This document shows positions 58,483 through 64,000 of a stretch of DNA of 64,000 bases, one piece after another. The stretch's first letter is position 1, and the number at the start of each line of letters is the position of its first letter. The translations under genes and the position numbers were made by a program. Source of the stretch: Bacillota bacterium (GTDB lineage: Bacteria; Bacillota; Ch66; Ch109); contig JBMNLH010000001.1 in assembly GCA_050952625.1 (NCBI GenBank), forward strand, positions 352,001 through 416,000, in the 5' to 3' direction. The notes beneath the pieces are model-generated. The model was given only the letters and a program-made list of their open reading frames with translations. It did no database searches and was not told where the DNA came from.

Positions 58483-59463
58483 ATGCGTTTTCTATATTTC
58501 ACAGATTCCCATTGCCGGGGAACCTCGCCAACAAACCGCAAAGATAATTACGTAAGCTCTCTGATGTTAAAGCTGAAAGAGGTAGCTTTCCTGGCTCAAG
58601 AATGGGAGGTAACCGCTATTTTGCACGGGGGGGACCTCTGGGATCTGCCAAACCCCTCCTTGTCTGTCGCTGATTCTTATCTCTCACAATTAGAGGCTGC
58701 CGGGGTTCCAATTTATGTTATTGCCGGCAACCACGATCTGCATAGGCAAGATCTGAGTAGTATCCCTTATACTATGCTGGGCTTGCAGGCCGCACAGGGT
58801 AGGCTGCGGATTATTAACTCACGAGACCGCTTGTATTTTCAAAATAGTAACGTTCGGGTGCAAATAACCGGTCAGCCTTATCATTTGGAAATTGATCGGC
58901 GTGATCCGGGGCTTGATTACTGCGTAACCAAGCAGGACTGTGATTATGCCATTCATCTGGTTCACGGCAACCTGATGGCCGGCTGTGACTTCCCTGGGTC
59001 CATCCATACCCATTTTTCCCAGGTATATAAGACGGAGGCTGATTTAACCCTGGTTGGTCATATGCACTTTGGCTTCCCGGACTACTTCTATGAGGGAAAG
59101 TGGTTCATTAATATCGGTGCCTTGGCCCGTTTAACCAACCACCTGGAAGAATTCAAGCGAACCCTGCAGGTTTTGCTCATTGATTTATCCTTGGGTCACA
59201 CTGAATTGCGGAAGTTGCCGCTAAAGTCAGTATTGCCGGCGAATCGGGTTTTAGATCGAAACAAAGCCGAGTACACGGCCCGGCAGGTTCAGTGCTTAAT
59301 TGAGTCAGTCCTTGAGGCCAGGAATGAAGAGGAGTTTATCAACAGCGAGCTCAAGGAGGTTGTTGATTTCATCGGCATCCAGGAAGGGATGAGCCGGGAG
59401 ATTCGGCAGGAAGCCTTGCGCAGTGTTCATGCGAAATTAGGAACCGGTCAACGCGACTCCTAG
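58483..59463 (+). CDS. SbcD/Mre11-like metallophosphoesterase
   Basis: FTDSH, HGGDLWD, IAGNHD, VHG, GHMH, NIGAL.R motifs. Confidence 0.85.
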   Translation: MRFLYFTDSHCRGTSPTNRKDNYVSSLMLKLKEVAFLAQEWEVTAILHGGDLWDLPNPSLSVADSYLSQLEAAGVPIYVIAGNHDLHRQDLSSIPYTMLGLQAAQGRLRIINSRDRLYFQNSNVRVQITGQPYHLEIDRRDPGLDYCVTKQDCDYAIHLVHGNLMAGCDFPGSIHTHFSQVYKTEADLTLVGHMHFGFPDYFYEGKWFINIGALARLTNHLEEFKRTLQVLLIDLSLGHTELRKLPLKSVLPANRVLDRNKAEYTARQVQCLIESVLEARNEEEFINSELKEVVDFIGIQEGMSREIRQEALRSVHAKLGTGQRDS

Positions 59464-59596
59464 CATACTCTCAAATTAATAACCCGAATATTTTCAGCCT
59501 AATAACCCTTGCTGCTATGGCATTGGGTTAATGATAACTATATATTTTGATACTCTGATTATGCCAGTTAAACTAAATGAATGGAGATGCAATTGA

Positions 59597-60934
59597 ATGA
59601 AACCACAAATTATCACCGAATTACCTGGCCCTAAATCTAAAGAACTATTGGAATTAAAAGAGCGTTATGTAGCCCGGGGGTACGGAAACGCCAGTTCAAT
59701 GATTGCGGATCAGGCCGCGGGAGCCTTGGTACAGGACCTGGATGGCAACGTTTTTATCGATTTTGCTGGGGGTATTGGCATTCAGAATAGCGGGCACTGC
59801 CCGCCCGAAGTAGTTCAAGCCCTGAAGGAGCAAATAGATCGCTATATCCATACCGGGCACATTTTTCTGATGGAGTCCTACATTAAACTGGCCGCCTGTC
59901 TGGCCGAGATTACGCCAGGGGCGTTTCCCAAAAAGGTTCTCTTGGTCAACAGTGGGGCGGAGGCAGTCGAAAATGCGGTTAAAATCGCGCGTAAATATAC
60001 CGGTCGAACCGGTATTGTTGCCCTGGAATGTGCTTTTCATGGGCGAACTTATATGGCGATGACCTTAACCAGTAAAGTTAAACCTTATAAGGCCTCATTC
60101 AATCCATTATGCCCGGATGTATACCGGACCTATTCCGCCTATTGTTACCGTTGTCCCTTTAACTCGACTTATCCGGGCTGTGGTATGCACTGTCTGGAGC
60201 ATTTAAAACGTCTTTTTGTGGCTGAATTTGCCCCGGAGAATATCGCGGCGATTATTGCCGAACCGGTGCAAGGAGAGGGCGGTTTTATCGTCCCGCCACG
60301 AGAATTTTTGACCGGTCTTAAAGAAATCTGTGACCAGCACGGGATTTTGTTTATTGCCGATGAGATTCAGACCGGGTTTGCACGCACCGGTAAGATGTTT
60401 GCTAGTGAGCACTTTGGTTTGGAACCGCACCTGATCACTGTTGCCAAATCGCTCGGTGCCGGTCTGCCGATCGGCGGGGTAGTGGGCCGGGCGGAAGTAG
60501 TTGATGCCCCGGAAAAGAGTGAAATTGGTACTACTTTTGGCGGTAGTCCGTTGGGCTGTGTGGCTGGACTGGCGGTTATCGATAAGATTCGGCAGGACGG
60601 TTTAAATGAAAAAGCCCAACGAATCGGGGGTATTATGCGGGAAAGACTCCTGCAGATGCAGGAACGCTTTGCTTTAATCGGCGATGTCCGTGGTTTGGGC
60701 GCAATGATGGCTATCGAACTGGTTAAGGACCGGCAGACTCGCGAACCAGCTTCGGAAGAAACCGGTCAAATAATTGCAGCTTGCTATCAAAAAGGACTAA
60801 CAGTGCTTAAAGCAGGGATTTACGATAATGTTATTCGAATCCTGGTTCCTTTGGTGATCAAAGATGATGAGCTCTATCGTGGGTTGGAAATCTTAGAGGA
60901 AGCGATCGCCGAGATAACCGGCCATGCTCAATAA
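59597..60934 (+). CDS. gabT: 4-aminobutyrate aminotransferase (class III PLP)
   Basis: DFAGGIG, NSGAEAVENAVKIAR, FHGRT, EPVQGEGGF, DEIQTGFARTG, AKSLG. Confidence 0.88.
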   Translation: MKPQIITELPGPKSKELLELKERYVARGYGNASSMIADQAAGALVQDLDGNVFIDFAGGIGIQNSGHCPPEVVQALKEQIDRYIHTGHIFLMESYIKLAACLAEITPGAFPKKVLLVNSGAEAVENAVKIARKYTGRTGIVALECAFHGRTYMAMTLTSKVKPYKASFNPLCPDVYRTYSAYCYRCPFNSTYPGCGMHCLEHLKRLFVAEFAPENIAAIIAEPVQGEGGFIVPPREFLTGLKEICDQHGILFIADEIQTGFARTGKMFASEHFGLEPHLITVAKSLGAGLPIGGVVGRAEVVDAPEKSEIGTTFGGSPLGCVAGLAVIDKIRQDGLNEKAQRIGGIMRERLLQMQERFALIGDVRGLGAMMAIELVKDRQTREPASEETGQIIAACYQKGLTVLKAGIYDNVIRILVPLVIKDDELYRGLEILEEAIAEITGHAQ

Positions 60935-61033
60935 CATGATTTGTATATGGTAGCAGATATTACTTGATTCGAATATTAGAAGTTTTTCAGGAACGAATGA
61001 CTATTATGCTATAATGAGGCAGGAGGTGAAAGC

Positions 61034-61195
61034 ATGGCTTGGTTTATTGCTTTATTAGGGTTGCTCGGTGTTTTTGTCTTTTTTCTAGGTGCTGCCATCA
61101 GTATGTTTAAATTAAATAAATCTTCATTTAAGAAATGTATGATCGGTTTTATGGTCAGTTTTATCGTGGCCTTTATCGCCGTGGGTCTACATTAG
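61034..61195 (+). CDS. Small 2-TM membrane protein, 53 aa (below ORF-track cutoff)
   Basis: SD AGGAGGTG, extended -10 TGCTATAAT upstream; MAWFIALLGLLGVFVFFLGAAISMFKLNKSSFKKCMIGFMVSFIVAFIAVGLH. Confidence 0.75.
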   Translation: MAWFIALLGLLGVFVFFLGAAISMFKLNKSSFKKCMIGFMVSFIVAFIAVGLH

Positions 61196-61202
61196 TTCAT
61201 AT

Positions 61203-61305
61203 TAACCACCTTGCTCCAAAGACACAACCACCTATGGAAATGGCGGACATGTGTCATCCTGAGCTTAGCGAAGGATCAAATAACACACACAACAATAAAC
61301 GTGTT
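61203..61305. repeat. Compound intergenic repeat (inverted A, C, inverted D)
   Basis: TAACCACCTTGC...GACACAACCACC; GTCATCCTGAGCTTAGCGAAGGATC; AAATAACAC...ACGTGTT. Confidence 0.7.
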
Positions 61306-61339
61306 ATCATAAGTAGTACCGGGGAAGGGGGCTTTTCAG

Positions 61340-62188
61340 ATGAGCAGCAAACTGGATGACTTTCTTACTCCGGCCCAGGTTTGTCAGGTCCTAAAGGTTA
61401 CGCCAAATCAAGTTCGCCAATTGATTCAGGACGGTTGGTTAGAAGTTGCCCGGACCACGAAATATAAACATGGTGCTATGGAATTGTTTTATCAGCATCA
61501 GGTTTGTGCTCTGCGTTCGGACATGCCCAAAATCCGTCGCGGCTGGGAATCGCTTGTTAATCATCGCCTAGGAGCCAGCAAAGCAGCCGCGGCGCGGGAA
61601 GCCAATCGTCATGTAGCAGTGGCCTTAAAACGGCGGAAAGAACAGTTTTTAGAATCTTTGGATGAACTATCTGAACGAACAGGGAATACCCTGCGGGTTT
61701 GTTTTTTTCTCTATCATCTTAATCATTATGCCAAGAACGGTCATACTTACCTGTACGAATTGAAAGAGCGGGTTCTACGTAAGCTTTGGACCGAATACTG
61801 TCCTCAAGAATTGTTGAACGTCACCTTTGTCCAGGGGGGACCCCGTGTCCGATTGTGCCCGGGTTGCCGATTTTTGGCTCGTCAACAAAGAAAAAGTTAT
61901 CTTGAGTACCTTAGGACCAATGGTGGATGTCCAAAGTGCACTCGGGATGAACAATATTATAGTCTGTATGAGTTTACTGTGGCTTATGGTGAATATCGTT
62001 TTTGTTTTCACATTCCTTATTCAGTTGCCAGAAAATGGTTGGTCAATCCTGCAGACATACCCATTAAGGAGTCGGCTTTGGAACGAGAAGGATTTTACGT
62101 TTATGGTCGTTCAATTTTTGAGCCTGAGGCTATGGCTTTTGAAATGTTGGAGGTAGTTCGGGAGATAGAACAGTTCTTGTTATTATAA
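61340..62188 (+). CDS. Hypothetical protein: excisionase/MerR-like HTH, YkyB-like region with inserted CxxC/CxxC zinc site
   Basis: FLTPAQVCQVLKVT..QVRQLI..GWL; LNHYAK...LYELKERVL; CPGC...CPKC; YRFCFHIPY. Confidence 0.65.
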   Translation: MSSKLDDFLTPAQVCQVLKVTPNQVRQLIQDGWLEVARTTKYKHGAMELFYQHQVCALRSDMPKIRRGWESLVNHRLGASKAAAAREANRHVAVALKRRKEQFLESLDELSERTGNTLRVCFFLYHLNHYAKNGHTYLYELKERVLRKLWTEYCPQELLNVTFVQGGPRVRLCPGCRFLARQQRKSYLEYLRTNGGCPKCTRDEQYYSLYEFTVAYGEYRFCFHIPYSVARKWLVNPADIPIKESALEREGFYVYGRSIFEPEAMAFEMLEVVREIEQFLLL

Positions 62189-62271
62189 ATTATTTTGTTT
62201 AATTGCAATATATAGTAGTTAATAACTAAATCAATAACGATATTTTTATAGTATCAGGGGACGCTACATTG

Positions 62272-62673
62272 ATGAATACGATTTATAAAAGCTTTCGATC
62301 ACAAACGGTTAGAGCGGCCAAAAAGGTTTTAATAGTAGATGATTCTAAATTTGCGCGAAATACTTTAGCCCTGATCTTGACCAATCAAGGTTATGACGTT
62401 GTGGGTGAGGCTAAGAACGGGATAGAAGCGTTGCATCTTTTTCGTTTATTGAGGCCGGACCTAGTTATGTTGGATATTAATATGCCAGAGATGGATGGGT
62501 TAGAGACACTACGGGCGATACGCCTGATTGACGATCGAGTAAAAGTAATCGTTGTTTCGTCAATGGACCAGGAGTTTTTAATTAAGGATGCTTTAATTGT
62601 CGGAGCAGTTGGCTTTGTAACTAAGCCGATTCGCCAGAATATGCTCGTAAAACTGCTGGGTAAGATAGATTAA
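62272..62673 (+). CDS. Single-domain response regulator (CheY-like)
   Basis: VLIVDD, GEAKNG, LDINMPEMDG, KP. Confidence 0.92.
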   Translation: MNTIYKSFRSQTVRAAKKVLIVDDSKFARNTLALILTNQGYDVVGEAKNGIEALHLFRLLRPDLVMLDINMPEMDGLETLRAIRLIDDRVKVIVVSSMDQEFLIKDALIVGAVGFVTKPIRQNMLVKLLGKID

Positions 62674-62691
62674 ATCGAAATATCGGGCCGC

Positions 62692-62838
62692 CTAGCCGGT
62701 AATCTTGGGTCCAATAGTAGTTCCGTCAGCCGCTTTTTCCTCAGTTACGGCAGGAATCGCGGTTGAAGGAACTTTTTGTTTTTCACGCCGGGACCGAATC
62801 TCGGAATCGGTTTTTTTGCATTTATCCTTTCGCGGCAT
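62692..62838 (-). CDS. Small hydrophilic hypothetical protein, 48 aa
   Basis: SD GGGAGGTG; MPRKDKCKKTDSEIRSRREKQKVPSTAIPAVTEEKAADGTTIGPKITG. Confidence 0.6.
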   Translation of the reverse strand: MPRKDKCKKTDSEIRSRREKQKVPSTAIPAVTEEKAADGTTIGPKITG

Positions 62839-62952
62839 TTTAATACACCTCCCGTTTTTGATTGTCCATGCATATTATTATCTGTTTGATTATTAAATTT
62901 TATAAGTGGGACACGTTAAGGCACTTTGAGATAAATTGACGTAATTTGGACC

Positions 62953-62980
62953 GTTACGTTTTACCCTTTCGATCCGTCTA
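62953..62980 (+). promoter_or_regulatory. Putative autoregulated ECF promoter
   Basis: GTTACG-TTTT-N12-CGTC just upstream of the ECF sigma gene. Confidence 0.55.
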
Positions 62981-63009
62981 TATAAATGGATAGTTTGCAT
63001 GGATAGGAG

Positions 63010-63552
63010 TTGGCAACGATGCAGGCAAATAATCAACCTGGCTCAGAAAGCGGAATGCAGTTTGCTGATGTTTATGATCAGCATTTTGATGCGGTTAACC
63101 GGTATCTCCGTTACCGGGTGGAAAACCCTTGGGATGCTGATGATTTAACAGCGGCTGTATTCTTGAAGGTTCTCGAAAACTGGCACCGCTTCCGGGGGGA
63201 GGCTCCTTGGGCCGTTTGGATTTTTCGGATCGCCCATAACCTTTATATTGACTATCTCCGTGGGCGTCAAGGAAAGGTTTTTTCGCCGAAAGAGTTGCAT
63301 CATTTGGGCGGGGGAGGCTCCGGTCCAGAAGAAAAAATGCTGCAGGGTGAAGAAGCGCAGCGTTTAAGGGCCATGCTGGCCCAATTGGCCCCGGAACAAA
63401 GGGACGTGATCTCACTCCGCTACGCTGGGGAGTTAAAGTATGGTCAGATTGCCGCGGTATTAAATAAATCTGAACCAGCGGTGAGGATGATCCACCATCG
63501 AGCCCTCAAAGCCCTAAGGGCCGAATATCAAAAAGATAGTGAAGGCAGGTGA
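63010..63552 (+). CDS. ECF RNA polymerase sigma factor
   Basis: DADDL.A.VFLK, WIFRIAHN..ID, L.PEQRDVI.LRY...IA.VL.KS..AVR...HRAL. Confidence 0.93.
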   Translation: MATMQANNQPGSESGMQFADVYDQHFDAVNRYLRYRVENPWDADDLTAAVFLKVLENWHRFRGEAPWAVWIFRIAHNLYIDYLRGRQGKVFSPKELHHLGGGGSGPEEKMLQGEEAQRLRAMLAQLAPEQRDVISLRYAGELKYGQIAAVLNKSEPAVRMIHHRALKALRAEYQKDSEGR

Positions 63553-63559
63553 GTAAAAA

Positions 63560-64000
63560 TTGTACGAAAAGGATGGCAACAAGGGAGATGTTCATGAGAA
63601 TTCTCTAGAAAATCTCCTAGTCCACATGCGTGGAGTACGTGCAGCCATTCCAGTGAACCAGCACTTACGGGAAGAACTTCGTCAGCACCTGCTCCAACAG
63701 CAATTAACTGAGGCTGGCGATGACGCAGCGACCGGTCAGGCCCCTCATAAACCAGAGGCAGCACCATCACCGGGCGTAGACTGGAATAAGGCGGTTCCAG
63801 ACGAGCCTTATTCCAAAAGGTCAAGCCGGCGAAAACAGTGGTGGTGGGGGGTTGCTGCTGTTTTACTGTTAATGGTTGGGGGTTGGGTCTGGTGGTCAGT
63901 TATCGCTCCTCTAACTCTGGAAGCCGGCCACTCTCGCGAAATAACTCGTTACTTGGCTGATGGTTCGCCAGTCGATCTTGTAGTGGGGGCCAAAGGACAA
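63560..64000 (+). CDS. Putative membrane anti-sigma factor, 3'-truncated by window edge
   Basis: TTG start just after the sigma stop; open to the window end; N-terminal LREELRQHL helix, then a TM (WWWGVAAVLLLMVGGWVWW). Confidence 0.7.
   Translation, partial: MYEKDGNKGDVHENSLENLLVHMRGVRAAIPVNQHLREELRQHLLQQQLTEAGDDAATGQAPHKPEAAPSPGVDWNKAVPDEPYSKRSSRRKQWWWGVAAVLLLMVGGWVWWSVIAPLTLEAGHSREITRYLADGSPVDLVVGAKGQ

Noticed and set aside
61135-61359. 74-aa ORF containing CHPELSEGS
   Set aside because: No SD; overlaps the real 53-aa gene and is a translation of repeat module C.
246-63824. Numerous short antisense or alternate-frame ORFs in the track
   Set aside because: They are shadows of well-supported genes and lack SD sequences or protein motifs.

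Overview
Chromosomal window from a spore-forming anaerobic Bacillota (Clostridia, probably Peptococcaceae/Desulfitobacteriia-like; inferred from gene order and sporulation genes). The backbone is the conserved run mtaB-hit-rpsU-nfeD-floA-yqfC-yqfD-phoH-pgpH-ybeY-cdd-era-recO-(T-box)glyQS-ppsR-ppdK ... yqxD-dnaG-sigA-4 tRNAs-trmK-nif3. Several insertions interrupt it: a PemK/MazF toxin-antitoxin pair, a preQ1-riboswitch queT-queF operon, an opuA operon with no binding protein, and a ~19 kb accessory block between ppdK and yqxD. That block holds a truncated double-cubane reductase system, an unannotated type I toxin-antitoxin locus, a stand-alone KdpD-type USP gene, an IS1634 remnant, mrpA-G, PadR pairs, a frameshifted OYE reductase and glnA. 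The most unusual signals are non-coding: (i) satP is bracketed by a perfect 17-bp inverted repeat, with its promoter outside and a 5-codon uORF upstream; (ii) the ppdK 3' end is duplicated 620 bp downstream, and the repeat ends in a CRISPR-handle-like ATTGAAAT; (iii) many intergenic gaps carry modular dispersed repeats, and one REP-like copy supplies the MrpG C-terminus. No CRISPR array, cas gene or intact transposase was seen. Product calls come from motif recognition by eye, not database searches.
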